DNA of 64,000 bases from Rebecca billardiae RCC1528 (taxonomy: Eukaryota; Protista; Haptophyta). The notes under the pieces were generated by a model, which had not been told where the DNA came from, did no database searches, and was given only the letters and a program-made list of their open reading frames with translations. Below, piece after piece: positions 20,488 through 33,003 of this stretch. Where the stretch lies: positions 930,001 to 994,000 of the forward strand of contig OZ251246.1 of the NCBI GenBank assembly GCA_965240325.2, written 5' to 3'. The translations under genes and the position numbers were made by a program. Numbering within the stretch: position 1 is the stretch's first letter; every line of letters begins with the position of its first letter.

Positions 20488-22466
20488 ATGAGTGGGAGGA
20501 GACGACCCGGGCGGCTGCAGGTGGCGTTCCTGTCGCTCGTGCTGCTGGTCGCGAGCCTCTTCGTGATCAACCTCGAGGTCCTCCGCGGCTCGCTGCGCGA
20601 GCGCCGCATACGATGGGGGGCGCGAGACATGTCGAGCGACGACGCGCGCGCGCTGGCGGAGGTTGGCGCGCTCTCGGGTGGCGAGGCCGTGCGCAGGCTA
20701 CGCGCCGAAGTGGATGCGCAGGCATTCGCCATCTCCAATCTCACGCGCAGCCTCGACGACATCGTCGCTGTCCAGCGCGCGCTCGCGCTGCAGATGGGTG
20801 CGCGGGCGTGTCGCGCCGGCGCGCGCGCGTCGTGCGTCCTGCCCGCCCCCGCGCGCTCACGGCTGACGCTCGGCGCGGCGCGCTCGCGCTCGCGCAGACG
20901 CCATGCGCGGCTCCGGCGTGCCCGCGGTACACGCCGCCGATGCCACCCCGGCCGCGTTGCCGCTTGCCGGTAGCACCCAGCCCGAACCAGCCGCCGCGCA
21001 GGCCGCGTCAGCCGGGGCGGAGCCGAGCACGGCCGAGGCAGCCGACCGGGCGGCGCCGGGCACGCGCGCTGTGGTCATCTTCGCGTACAACCGCCCCGAG
21101 TACCTGGAGCGCGCGATGCGCTCGGTGCTCAGCCACCTGCCCACCGACGGCAGCCACACGCTCGTCGTCTCGCAGGACGGCGCCGACGCCGCCGTCGCGG
21201 GCGTGGTGCAGCGCGTGGGCGGCGCCTCCGCGGTGCACCTGCGGCACACGCGCACCGAGCTGAGCCTGCCGGCCAACCAGAAGCGGTTCGCCGGGTACTA
21301 CTATCTGTCCGCGCACTACAAGTGGGCGCTCGGCCAACTCTTCGACGTGCGCGGGTACGAGAGCGTGATCATCCTCGAGGTGTGCGCGCGCGCTCTGGCG
21401 CGTGCGGCCGGCGCGCGACGCGACGCGGCGCGCACGGGCGCGCGCTGACCGCTCGTCTCGACGCGGCCATGCGCGTGGCTGCCGCCGGCGCGCGGCGCTG
21501 CGCGGCGTGCAGGACGACATCGAGATCGCGCCCGACTTCTTCGACTACTTCCGCGCGCTCGCGCCGCTGCTCGAGCTCGACCCGACCGTGCTCACAATCT
21601 CGGTGCGATCTCGCGCCCACCGGCTCGGTGCCCCCGCGCCCCGGCGCCGCAGCGCCGCAGCCACGCGCCCGGTGGGCCGGCGGTCGGCGGAGCGCGCGGT
21701 CGGCCGCGTCGGCTGCGCCGATGGCTTGTGGCGGGCAGCGCGTCGCGCCCCGCGCCTCACGCGCGCGCCGCCGCCCTCCCTCGCTCCCTCCCGCTCCCTC
21801 CCCCGCTGCCTGCACGCGCAGGCGTTCAACGACAACGGCCAGCCCGGCCTTGTGCACGACCCCGCGGCCGTGTACCGCTCCGACTTCTTCCCCGGGCTGG
21901 GCTGGCTGATGACCAGGCGGCTCTGGGCGGAGCTGGGGCCCAAGTGGCCGCTCGCGTTCTGGGACGACTGGCTGCGCGAGCCGGCGAACAGGCGCGGGCG
22001 CGCGAGCATCCGCCCCGAGGTCTCCCGCACGTACACATACGGCGTGAAGGGCGTGAGCAGCGGCCAGTTCTCCGCGTTCCTCAAGAACATGCAGCTGGCG
22101 CAGGGCGGGGCGGACTGGTCGCAGCTCGACGTGCGCTCGCTCGTCAAGCCGGCGTACGACGAGCGCTTCCGCGCGAGGCTGGGCGCGGCGACCGAGAGCG
22201 GCGTCGACGAGCTCCCCGCTGCCGGCGCCGCCGCGCAGCCGGACGCGGCGTGCACGGAGCGTCGCGTGCCGTACAGCTCGCACAAGGAGTTTGAGCGCAT
22301 CGCCAAGGGGCTCGGGCTGATGAGCGAGCTCAAGGCGGGCGTGCCGCGCACCGGGTACCAGGGAGTTGTCAGCTTCCGGCGCGCTGGCTGCCTGGTCCAC
22401 GTCGCGCCCGCGTACGAGATCGACGCGGAGACGCACTCCATCGTGCTGAAGGACGGCAAGGGTTAG
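20488..22466 (+). CDS. MGAT1: Alpha-1,3-mannosyl-glycoprotein beta-1,2-N-acetylglucosaminyltransferase I (GnT-I, GT13); exons 20488-20797, 20898-21379, 21513-21602, 21822-22466
   Basis: Type II TM anchor; AYNRPEYL, VVSQDG, GYYYLSAHYKWAL, IILE|DDIEIAPDFFDYF, IS|AFNDNG, RSDFFPGLGW, WPLAFWDDWLR, IRPEVSRT, GVSSGQF, GVPRTGYQGVV. Confidence 0.95.
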
Positions 22467-22851
22467 CGCGATGCGGGCGTCTGCGCGGCGTAGTGCTCGG
22501 TGGCGGGCCCTGCGTCGGCAGCCGCGCCAGGTGGATCACGCCATCGCCGCGCGATGGTGTGCTCGTCGGTCGGCATCACGATTCACGGCAGCAGCTTTTG
22601 CCGCCTTCGCGTCGAGCAATCTCGATCGGCCCGAGATACATACGTCATCTGCGCAAGTTGAGCTGATTTACATTGTTCGTACTGCTTTAACCCTGACTAC
22701 TACCACTAAAAGACTGTAATAAGGTATCGTTTCGCGAGATTCTCTCCGCGGCTCCGGCGCGCCGACCCATAAATAAGCAACGCCCCGCGCCCGCCTGCCC
22801 GGCTTGCCGTTCATCGCGCCCGCGGGACGACGGGCGCGCGCAGCCTACACG

Positions 22852-25017
22852 ATGGCACCGATGGCGTCGCGCAGGGCGTGCGCGCTGCTCGCCACGGCCC
22901 TGGCGTGCCTTCGCGTCGCACGCGCGCACCCCACGCCGCCGCACGCCAAGCGGCCCGCCCGGTGGCACGACGTGCACGGCCTCTCCGCCGCGCGCCATGG
23001 CCGCTCGACCGAGGGCGTGCACGAGCACCTGTCGCTCTCCTTCCACGCGGACGGCGCGCAGCACCGCATCAACATGACGCACTCGAGCGTCTTCGCCCCG
23101 GGCGCCGAGCTCACCGTCGTCCGCGACGGCGGCCGCGTCGAGCGGCGCAAGGCGCCGCAAGTCGGCACCTACGTCGCGCGTGACCTCGCCGGTCGGCCGA
23201 GCGCCGCGGCCGTGCTGCGCGCGGACGGGCGGGTGCGCTCGGCGGTGATCCGGCGCGAGGAAGACTACCTCGTCCTCGGCGAGGCCGCTAGCCTCGCCCT
23301 CGGCGCCGAGGCCGCGGGCGAGCTCGTCGCGTACAGCCTCAAGGATGCGCCGCACTCGCGCGGCGAGTGCGGCGCGCGCGGCCCCGCCTCGCAGGCGGAG
23401 GCGAAGGCGCGGACGGAGATGAAGCTCGCCGAGCTCGGGCTCAAGCCGAACGGGCGCCGCCTCGCGCGCGCCGACGCCCACTCCGCCGCGCCCGCGCGCG
23501 GCGCGCCGCCGCCATTCCTGCGCGAGCGCTCGGCGGCGGGCGCGCGCGCGGCCGGCGGCCGCAGCGCCGCACCCGCTGTCCACTCGCACTCGCACGGCGC
23601 TGCGCCGCACGAGCACGGCGCGGCGGAGGGCGAGGACGGCCACCTGGCGGCGATGGACTTTCCGTTCGACGGGCGCGGCGCGCGCGCCGCCGCGGCGCGC
23701 GGCCGGCGCCTCGCCGGCTTCGACGAGTGCGCGTGGAGCGCGCTGCAGCGCATCGGCATCGGCATCGTCGTGGACGCCTCTTGGATCAGCCGGGTCGGAG
23801 GCGTCGAGCCCGAGGCCGTGACGTCGATCGCGGAGATCGTCGTGCTGGCGAACGTGCCGTACGGCGACCAGGTGTGCGCGCGCGTGCGGGGGCGCGCGGG
23901 CCTGCGCGCGCCCGCGCCCGCCGGCCCACGCCGCGCGCCACCTGCCTCGGCGCGCCGATGCGCGGCCGGCGCGCGCTCACCGCCGCGGCTGACGCGCGCG
24001 CCGCGCGCCCGGCGCGCCCTCGGCCGCCCCCCGCCGGCCTCCGCTCCTCCGCGCACGCAGTTCAACCTCGAGATCCACCTGGAGGAGGCCATCTTCATCG
24101 ACGCGGTCTCCACCGACCCGTCCATGTCCGCCGACCCCACGCTGCCGCCGAGCTACCGCAACGACCAGCCGTTTGGTCAATGCGCCACGCCTGCTGACGG
24201 CATCCGCACCGACATTGACATGCTAACTGACCTCGCGGTGTGGGTGGCGGCGCACGCGAGCGCGCGCACGCTGTGGCACCTCTTCACCGGGTGCAACTTT
24301 GGCAACGACGAGACGGGGTACGTCATCGGCAAGGCGTACCAGGGCGTGCCCTGCAGCGAGGACGGCGGCCTCAACAGCGGCTGGACGGCGTACGACCCCG
24401 TGCTCTCGTGGAGCGTGTTTGCTCACGAGGTGCGGCGCACGCGCACTGCGCACGCGCACTGCGGGCGCACGCGCAGCGCGCAGCGCACGCGTGCGCGCGC
24501 GTGTGTGTGTGTGTGCGTGCTGCCGAGTGTGTGCGTGGGGTGTGCGCGCGGAGGAGTGGGGACACGCGCGGCCACTTGGATCGCCGGCGGCCCACCCGCC
24601 CTCCCTCCGCGCGCACGCCCGCGCACTCGGCGCCACCCGCCTCCCGCCCGCGCACACGCACACGCTCACGCGCACGCGCACGCGCACGCGCACGCACGCG
24701 CAGATTGGGCACAACTTCAACGCGGTGCACGACGACCTGGTGGCGGACCCGTGCCGCCTCTCCGACCCGGTGGACGAGCCGCCCGAGGTCGGGTGCAACA
24801 TCATGTCCGCCTTCGTCACCGAGGGCCAGACCGAGTTCTCCGCGCAGTCCGGCGGCGACATGTGTCCGCACATGACGAGCATGATCAACGACGGCTGCAT
24901 CGTCGAGGCGCTGGGCGACCCGGACACGGACTCGTCGCTGATCTCGTACCCGAGCCCGCCGCCGTCCGCGCCGCCGAGCCCGCCGCCGAGCCCGCCGCCG
25001 CCGAGCCCGCCGCCCTC

Positions 25018-25049
<32 letters not shown>

Positions 25050-25676
25050 TCCCGCCCACGCCGCCGCCGCTCCCGCCGCTGCCGCCCGTGCCGCCCTACT
25101 CGCCGCCCGCGCTGTGCACCGAGGCCTCCAACGACGAGTGCGAGGGCACCAAGGTGCTGCTCGAGCTCTCGGCCGGCGGGGACGTCGCCGACTACACGAC
25201 AGCCGTGCAGGACACAGTGTGCACCACGCTCACCTCCGAGGTGCGCGCGCGGGGGCCTGGCGCGCCGCGCGCCGGTCGGCGGCGGCGGCGAGGCTGGCCG
25301 AGCGCGGCGGAGCCCGCGACATCGAATGCGCGCGCGCGCTGACCGCCGCGCGCCCACGCCGCCGCGCGCGCGCGTGCGCCCTGCCCCTCTGCGCGCCGCG
25401 CGCCGCGCGCGCACAGCTCGGCCTGCTGCCCCGCCGGTGCGAGGTGCTGAGCGTGCAGGGCGGCTCGGTGCTCATCAGCCTCGCCCTCTGGGCAGTGGAC
25501 GGCGAGTTCGTGGACAGTTCCGGGAGCGGGCTGGACGGGCGGATCAGCTCGGAGGCGGTGGACCTCGCGCTCGCGCTCACGATGGCGGTGGGCCTGACGT
25601 TCGGCCAGCCGAGCGTCACCGGCACGAGCGTGCTCGGCAGCACGAGCAGCGGCAGCAGCAGCAGCACCGGCGACGA

Positions 25677-25710
<34 letters not shown>

Positions 25711-26361
25711 AGCGGCAGCAGCGGCAGCGGGGGCAGCCCCAACACCTCCGGCGGCCTCGACGCCACCCTCGGCGGCGTGAGCACGCCGCTGCTGATCGGG
25801 CTGAGCGCGGCGGTGGGCGCGGTGCTGATCCTGCTGATCGTGCTGTGCGCGTACTGCTGCGTGCGCCGCCGGCGGCAGCAGAAGGCCGAGGCGGAGAAGG
25901 GCGCTGGGCTGAGCACCGCCAAGGGCGTCGTCCCCACCGTCGCCGTGGAGGGGGGCCCGCAGCCGGTCCGCCGGGGCAGCCTGAGCGCCTTCATGGCGGG
26001 CGGCGGCGCCGCAGTCGCGGCGGGCGCCGCGGGCGCCGCCGCGGGCATCCGGCGCGCGTCGATGGGCAAGGCGCCACCCGTCTCCAAGCCCGCCAAGCCC
26101 GTCGACGACGAGACGCTCATGTTCCAGCGCACGGAGGCGGTGCGCAAGCGGCTCAAGCTGCCAGAGGCGCCCGACAACATCATCGTCAGCATGGCGGAGA
26201 CGCGGCTGGGGCTCTCGGCCGAGCGCGGCACGTCGACCGAGCGGCGGCTCGAGGCGGTGGAGGCGGAGCTCGACGGGCGCAGCCGCGCCGAGGAGGACGC
26301 AAAGGCGCGCCGCCCGTCGCTCTTCGTCGTGCTCCCGGTCCGCTCCGGCGCCAAGGCGTAG
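22852..26361 (+). CDS. Membrane-anchored M12B/reprolysin-like zinc metalloprotease; exons 22852-23871, 24061-24429, 24704-25240, 25417-26361
   Basis: Signal peptide, prodomain with CGA (cysteine-switch-like), HLFTGC, VIGKAY, HE|IGHNFNAVHD zinc motif split by an intron, Met-turn CNIMS, SPn stalk, poly-Asp, TM helix and cytoplasmic tail. Confidence 0.85.
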
Positions 26362-28584
26362 CGTGGACTCGGCACGGCGCCGCGCATCGGCCAGGGCGCG
26401 CGCGGCACGCACCGCGCAGCTGCTGCGCACTCGAAAGCGCGGGGCAAAGCGCGCTCCGATGAACGATTGCTCGGTGCTCGCACGGTCCATCGGGCTTCTG
26501 GGCGGCGCCAACGCCGGCGCCGGCCTGGACCGCCAGTGACGGTGTGCTTTGAGTACCTGCCAGGGGGGCTGGGGTGGGCTGCTGGGGTGGCCGAAGGCCC
26601 GATGAACTGTGAAGCCGAACGCCCGAAGGCGCGCGCGCGCTGACCGATATACTGATTCCGATACTGATGACATGACGTCGTCGTCTGACGGCGTAATTAG
26701 CCTTTCGCCGTCACTGACGACGGGCGAATATCGTCAGTAAGCTAGTCAATACGTGGTGTTATTGGTACAATAACTGAGTGTGTACGAGCTGCGTGACGGC
26801 CGCGGCGGGGCTCGCCGTGTGGCCTCTCACTCTGTTGCACCCAGCTCGCAGAATTCGTCATGAACCTTCTACGGGTACACGGCTGGCTGCTGCATCACCT
26901 GGAGTGAGAGTGGCTTCTCGGGCGCCCCCGAGCCATTCCACTTCGATGCAAGGCGAGCTGCTCTGGCTCTTGCCGCCTCGTCGGAGCCCCAAAAGGGGGC
27001 ATTCAGCGGGCATCATCGGCGCGCACCTCGCTCCTCGATCCGCGCGAGGTAGGACTCGGCAGCGCACAACAGCTGCGCGCCCGAGACACCTATCGCCTCG
27101 ACCTCCAGCAGAGGATGCCCAACTCGTCTCAGCGACAGCAAGCCGCTCGGCTGCGCGCCTACCGCCGCACGCCCGAGCCGCGCATTGCCACGACCAGCAG
27201 CTGCTTTGTTTGGCCCGCCCTTCCCGCCCCTGTCTGTCTGCCTGTCTGGCTTGCCGGTCCTGCCTATATATATTAAATATATTATTATATTTTTACTTAT
27301 ACATTGGGCCAGCTGATCTGAATTGATCAGGCCGTGAATAAGGGCGTGATGCCGCTCGTCATCGGATAATAATCATAATGCTCAGATACGCCAGCCAGCT
27401 GGCTCGAGCGGCAGGCGCGTACGCGACCGCTCGCGGGGAGCACGGGGCAGGCTCGACCGGCGGCTGCTACCAGCGGCTGAGACTGCCAGCTGACATCCGG
27501 ACCTGGCACCATCGCCCTCGCTCGGGGCACAGCAGGGCCATGCGAGCCGCGCAGCGCAGGTGGATCGCGCTCCAGGCCCAGCAGCTCAAGGCCGCGCTCA
27601 AGCTTTACGATCGCGGTGCAGGCTATGCTTGCTCTGCCGCACCAACGCCGACTCACTCGGCCGGACTAGGACTAACTACCCGGAGTTCGTGTCGACGATC
27701 GGGCACTGCCGCCGACGAATCAGGGAGCTAGACCCGCGTCGTCCTACCTGTGTCGTTAAATCATCATAGAATGAGTATGATGCGCATCATAATACATGGT
27801 ATGCAGCATATGAGTCTCACTCTCTAAGCAGTCGGTCATCCGAGTCATATCACTCATAAGCCCGTGGCTGCCGACGACTGCCGAGTCTCATCCGCTGCGG
27901 CGCGCGCGCGGGCGCCACCAGTAAGTGTAACACTGCGCGCGTTCGTCGCGGGTGCGCGAACCGTGACAGCGGTGGCAACTCGCTCGGAACAGCCGGGATG
28001 ATCATGATGGATTATTATTATAATTGATGCTGGTGTCACCCGTGAACGCGGCTCGTCGCTGGATCGGCGGATCAGAGCGCCGCTGATACCGTCACCGACA
28101 GCCGGTGCTGGCGCGTCGTGGCCTCCTTCGCCGGACCTTGCCGATGGCAGGCACGCCCCAGCAACGCGCGGGCAGCTGCCAGGCCGAGCCTCGCCGCAAG
28201 CACCTCGGGCCTCAGCAGCCCTCCGCGCGGCAGCAGCCTCGGTCGGCAGCGGCGGCGCAGCAGCGTGCACGTCTGACGTCAGCAGGGGCGATCCCGCCGC
28301 GCAGCTCGGGCAGCGTGGCCCGCGCAGCCGGCAGGCCGGCGCAGCGCCGAGCGAGCACGCGCCACGCGCCGCCGCCCGCGCGGCATCGCCCCGGACGGAG
28401 CGCGTCGCCAGCGGGCAGCCCACCACCACGACGCACGCGCCGCGCCGCGCTGCGGCTGCCCTGGCTGGGCGGCGCACTTGCCAGGCGGCCGGTGCCAGGG
28501 TGCCATGCGAGCTGCGCGGCCGATGGCGCGCTGGCGACAGCTGCGCCGCCCGGGACGGCGGCGCGGGTGGGCGCGCGAAGCCGC

Positions 28585-29734
28585 TCATTCGGCCGCCGCT
28601 GCTGGTGCGGCCGCGCCCTTGGCGGCGCCCTCGCTCGCCGCCGCAGGCGCCGCCTCGGCCGCGCCGCCCGCGCCGCCGGCCGGCGCCTCGCCCCCCTTCC
28701 CGACCCCAAGCTCCCCGTTGCCCTTTTGGTGCGACTCGAATTCCGTTTTGAATTTGAGCGCGTCTGCGCGCGCGGGGCGGGCGCGCGGCGCGCAACGCGG
28801 AGGCGGCGTGCGCGCGTGAGCGCTCGGCGGGGCGCGCCCACCGGCGCAGCGTGCGCCGTGCGCCCGCGCCCAGACCCCACGCCGAGCGCGCGTGCCGGCG
28901 CGTGCCGCGCCGCGCCGCGCGCGCACTCTCGCTGTTGGCGAAGCGGATGGCGAGCATGTCATTTGAGAGCTCGCCCTCGGCGAAGTCCTGCGCGAACCAC
29001 ACCCACGAGCGGTCGGAGCCGGCGTTCTCGACGAGCTTCATGGAGGGCGAGACTGGCGAGCGCGCGCGCACGGCGGCCGGGGCGGAGCCGGGGGCGAGGC
29101 GGCGGCGAGGAGGCAGGCGCGGAGGGGTTGGTTGGGGCGCGGCGCGCGGGGGCGCGTGGAGCACGGCGCGCGCGGGGCGGCCGCGCGCCGAGGGCACGCG
29201 CCGCCGCCGCCGCCCATGCGCGCGGTGCGGGTGGCGCGCCTGCGCGTGCGCGTGCGCGGCTGCCGCGCTCCCTCACCGGTGTGGTTGGCGCAGATTTTGA
29301 GCGTCTTTTCGCGGCGCATGAGGAGGCGGACGATCTTCGTCTCCTTGTGCTTGAGGAATTTGACGTCGCCCGTGCCACGCTCCTTCCACTGGTTGTTGGG
29401 CTTGTCGAACCGGAAGAGCTTGGCGCGCCTGCGCGCCGCGCGACCGGCGGAGGACCGGGCGCGCACACGCATGCCGCCTGCCGTGAGCGCGAGCGCGCAC
29501 GCGCGGCCGCTTGGGCCCGCGCCCGGCGCGACCGACGCGCGCAGGACGCGGCGCGCACATCTTGAAGAGCACCTCCTCGTCCTCCTCGTGCGTCTTCACC
29601 TTCACCTCCTCCAGCTGCACCAGCGGCGCCCACTCGCCACCCGTCTCCTCCTCGGGAGCGAGCTGGTTGTCGTCGCCGTCGTCGGCGCCATCCTCGCCCT
29701 CCGCGGCAGGCTTCTTCGGCTCGTCGTCGGCCAT
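28585..29734 (-). CDS. RANBP1: Ran-binding protein 1; exons 29734-29559, 29428-29277, 29052-28927, 28763-28585
   Basis: [23 protein letters not shown]|RAKLFRFD...[15 protein letters not shown]...[16 protein letters not shown]...[10 protein letters not shown]...DFAEGE...AIRFANSE|NALKFK. Confidence 0.95.
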
Positions 29735-30036
29735 CGTGCACGGGGGACCTGCGGCAGGCGCGGCCGGGCGCGCGCCGATCGCCCGGTCAGCCTCGGGCCC
29801 GCGCGCGGCGGCAGGCGCGCGCTGTCGCGCGCGCGGACCAGACGCTTGCCTGGCGAGCCGCTGAGCGTGGCCTCCCCGGACCCATCGTTCGTGAGATCCG
29901 GGCGCACCGCGCGTTCGGTGCACGAAGACTGCACGAGTGCGCGCGGTCCCCCGGACTGACGCGGAGCGGTCGCCCGGGCGTGTTGTACACGCCCGTCCAC
30001 ACAAGCGCACGCGGCGTCGCCGTGCAAACTCCTTGC

Positions 30037-30777
30037 ATGACCACATGGAGAGACACGCCGGAGCTGACTGACTCTCGCTGGGCAGAGACCCTTGCATGCA
30101 TCGACATCGCGAAGTTCAAGAGGAGTCCGCCGTTTCCTACCCTAGGGACCTCTCCCCGTTCGAGCACGGAGTTCCTCGAGAAGCTCACCAATCGACAACG
30201 TCGATGCGAGCTGTGCAGGTTGGGTTTCGACAGGAGCCACACGAACACTCACATGCTTGGCAGGCCCCATGCGGAGATGTACGCGCTGTACAAGGGCCAT
30301 TTCGATCGGATCATCGAGGCTCAAGAAAAACGGCACGGCATGGCGCAGTTCAACGCACTCACCAGCCACTTTAGATCGCACGATGAGGCCTGTTGGAGAG
30401 GCCTCCTCTCAGCGCACCGCGCGGACGTTTTCGACGCTCTTCGCTACCGGCTTCTCGAGAGATACGTTCGACCTAATGGGGAGCCGCTGCTGTTCCGAGA
30501 CTACCTCGCCGACTTTGACAGGAGAATGATGCGCGAAGCGATTGCGAACGCCGTTGCACTGGCTGTCGTGCGCTCGTCCGTGTGCTCGGCATTCGAGAGT
30601 ATGGCGAGCTTTCGCGTGGCCTGTGCGCTGGCAGAGACGAGCCATTCCTGGGTCCAGGATGACATCGAGCACGCCCGGCGGCCAGTCGCGCAGAGGCAGC
30701 CGATCCTCATCCAGCTGCTTCAGGAGCACACGCTAGCGGCGCATGCAGTGGTGGCGCTTGTCATGCAGTACGTCTAA
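30037..30777 (+). CDS. Hypothetical protein with a possible C2H2/U1-type zinc finger
   Basis: Intronless ORF of lower GC with CELC-x11-H-x5-H (CELCRLGFDRSHTNTHMLGRPH). Divergent from RanBP1. Confidence 0.5.
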   Translation: MTTWRDTPELTDSRWAETLACIDIAKFKRSPPFPTLGTSPRSSTEFLEKLTNRQRRCELCRLGFDRSHTNTHMLGRPHAEMYALYKGHFDRIIEAQEKRHGMAQFNALTSHFRSHDEACWRGLLSAHRADVFDALRYRLLERYVRPNGEPLLFRDYLADFDRRMMREAIANAVALAVVRSSVCSAFESMASFRVACALAETSHSWVQDDIEHARRPVAQRQPILIQLLQEHTLAAHAVVALVMQYV

Positions 30778-31985
30778 CGTCACAGCGATCTGAAAATGAT
30801 GCTACTCGCGAACACCTAGGCGTCTGAGGAGGCGCCGGTGTTTGGTGCTCACTGCAGCGGTGGGTCATCCTGCCTGATCAAGGCCGTTGGCTGGCCGGCT
30901 GGGCCGCCGCCGGCGAGGCACGACCACTCGTGACACTCGAGTCCGCGCGCTAAGTTCTCACACGGCCCGATCCGGAAACTGACGACGAGGGGCGGTCGTC
31001 GCGCTGGGCTCGGCGGCTGTATAGTGTATGCGAGCGCGCTGGCTGAGGCTCGGGGTGTGAATGCCGCTCGCCACGGCGCAGCTAGTAGCGCAATGTAGCG
31101 CGCTCGGGTCGCACACCGCTCCGAAGACATGCCGGCGCCGCGCTCCGGGGCGCGCAACGGGCCGCTGAGTTGACGTCGTTAGCTGGCATAGCTGCCGGCG
31201 CTGGGCCGGACCGCCGGAGCGACGGCCGCGCCGTGTATAGGTCGTACCATATGCAGGCACCGCGTCCGCGACTCCGCGGCGGCCGTCACAGTCCGATAAC
31301 CGCCGTGATGAATCTTGTACATGCATACTGTATGTATGCTGCTCGGACTCATAAAACGCGGATCACTCATCGATCAACGAGTTCAACGACCGTGCTGATA
31401 CCGCACCGACGGTACGACTGCTACCATGTATTTACAGCAGGCTGTCGTCCGACATTCGGCCACGATGACGATTCCGGATTCGCCGCCGTAGTAGCGTCGT
31501 AATAAGTATTCGCGATTCGGCACTTCCGGCCCGTGCCCGTGGCCGTGACGTCACAGGCTGCACCCGGTGTGCCGCCAATAAGACAGTCACAGTGAGTCTG
31601 AAGTGTGGAGCGTCGTCTCGGACCGCGATCAGGCATCAGCATGCGTCTGCACTCTGCATGGCTCGTTGTCGCTGCGGCGGCTGAGACTGAGTCCGGGAGT
31701 ACGTGAAGTGACGAGTGGCGTTCCGTTAGACCGTGCCCTCCGTGACTGTCCGCCGCGGCTCCGTGAGTCTGACCGTCAGCACACTCGTATGCCCATCGCG
31801 CATCGGAAGCGATTCAAACGACCCTGACCGTCATCAAATGCCGCCCACGGCCACGGGGCGCACCGGCGGTGCCCATTCGACTCATATCCGACGTCTGCCG
31901 TCATCGTTACCAGCCCCAGGCATCGGCGGCACCGCGCAGGCTCGTCCAGAGGACGGGCCTTCCCCACAGACCGCACGTGCCTGAG

Positions 31986-32486
31986 TCAGCAGGTCTCTGC
32001 GGGCTGAGAGGGCGGCGAGGATGTCGTCGAGGCGGCGCGATTGCTGCCGGGCGCGCTGAACAGGTGGCCCAGGCAGAACGTACCCAGCGTGTGCCCGCCG
32101 ACCACCGAGCTGAAGTAGCCGACGTTCAGAGTCATCACGACGAGCATGAGCGCGTAATCAGTGGTGAGCACCGCGAGGGACAGCGCCGCGCGGCGTGCGT
32201 TGTCGGCCGCGGGGAACGGGGCTCGCTTTAGGGGGAGCAGCGCCGACGTGGCGCCGCTGTGATGCGCCTGCAGCAGCGACCCCTCCAGCCGCACGCGCCA
32301 CGCTTTCAGCGCGACGTTGCCAAACGCAATCGCGACGAGCAGGAAGCACACGCCGACGTACTGCGCCATGCTGGCGGGAACGACCTGCCGAAAGAGCAGC
32401 ACCTCGGGCACCTTCGAGTGGAAGTACATCCCCATGCTGCCGCCGCCGTCGCCGTCCATCATCATGGACGGCGACGAGGCCATCAT
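31986..32486 (-). CDS. Ctr/COPT-family copper transporter
   Basis: Met-rich N-terminus MMASSPSMMM...SMGMYFH, LLF, TM1, YALMLVVMT (MxxxM), NVGYF and GxxxG in TM3. Confidence 0.92.
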   Translation of the reverse strand: MMASSPSMMMDGDGGGSMGMYFHSKVPEVLLFRQVVPASMAQYVGVCFLLVAIAFGNVALKAWRVRLEGSLLQAHHSGATSALLPLKRAPFPAADNARRAALSLAVLTTDYALMLVVMTLNVGYFSSVVGGHTLGTFCLGHLFSAPGSNRAASTTSSPPSQPAETC

Positions 32487-33003
32487 CGATTCCAATCCCG
32501 AGGGAGCAACCCAACCAAGCCGGCAGCTTGGGGAGCAAACCCTCAGGATCGGGCGATGGCGACCAATCTGACACGCACCACGCGCGCTGCGCAGGCTGAT
32601 GCGCGGCCCTCGCGGCGCGCACGCCCGCGCGCGCTGAGCGGATGGTACCGGGAGACATGGAAGATCATCCCCGTCCCTTCTCGCCCCGCACTCTCGCCTC
32701 TCTCCGCCGCGCAGGCCTGTTGCATTCCGCCCGGCCCGGCCCGGGCTGCGGCCGCGCCGTCTCGAGGCTGCGCGCGTGGCCCATCCAGGGCGAGTTTCGA
32801 GGCGCTCTCGAGCTTGGCACGTCGGGGCATATACATGGGCAACTGCTGCAAGCGCGCTCGCCTGTGCGCGCGGCGAGTCGCCGGCGCTGGGCGATCTACT
32901 GAAGGTGGTGCAGTGTCGCAACTCAGCTCGACAGCCGCCGCCATCCGCGTAGGGTTGCGTGCGCCCACTTACGGTCACGTCGGCGCGTCGAGATGCGCGC
33001 AGA

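Noticed and set aside
1-26361. Glycosylation/secretory gene cluster (sulfotransferase-like, EMC3, HPAT, Serinc, GnT-I)
   Set aside because: The genes act in different pathways and are interspersed with unrelated genes. Chance co-location cannot be excluded without synteny data.
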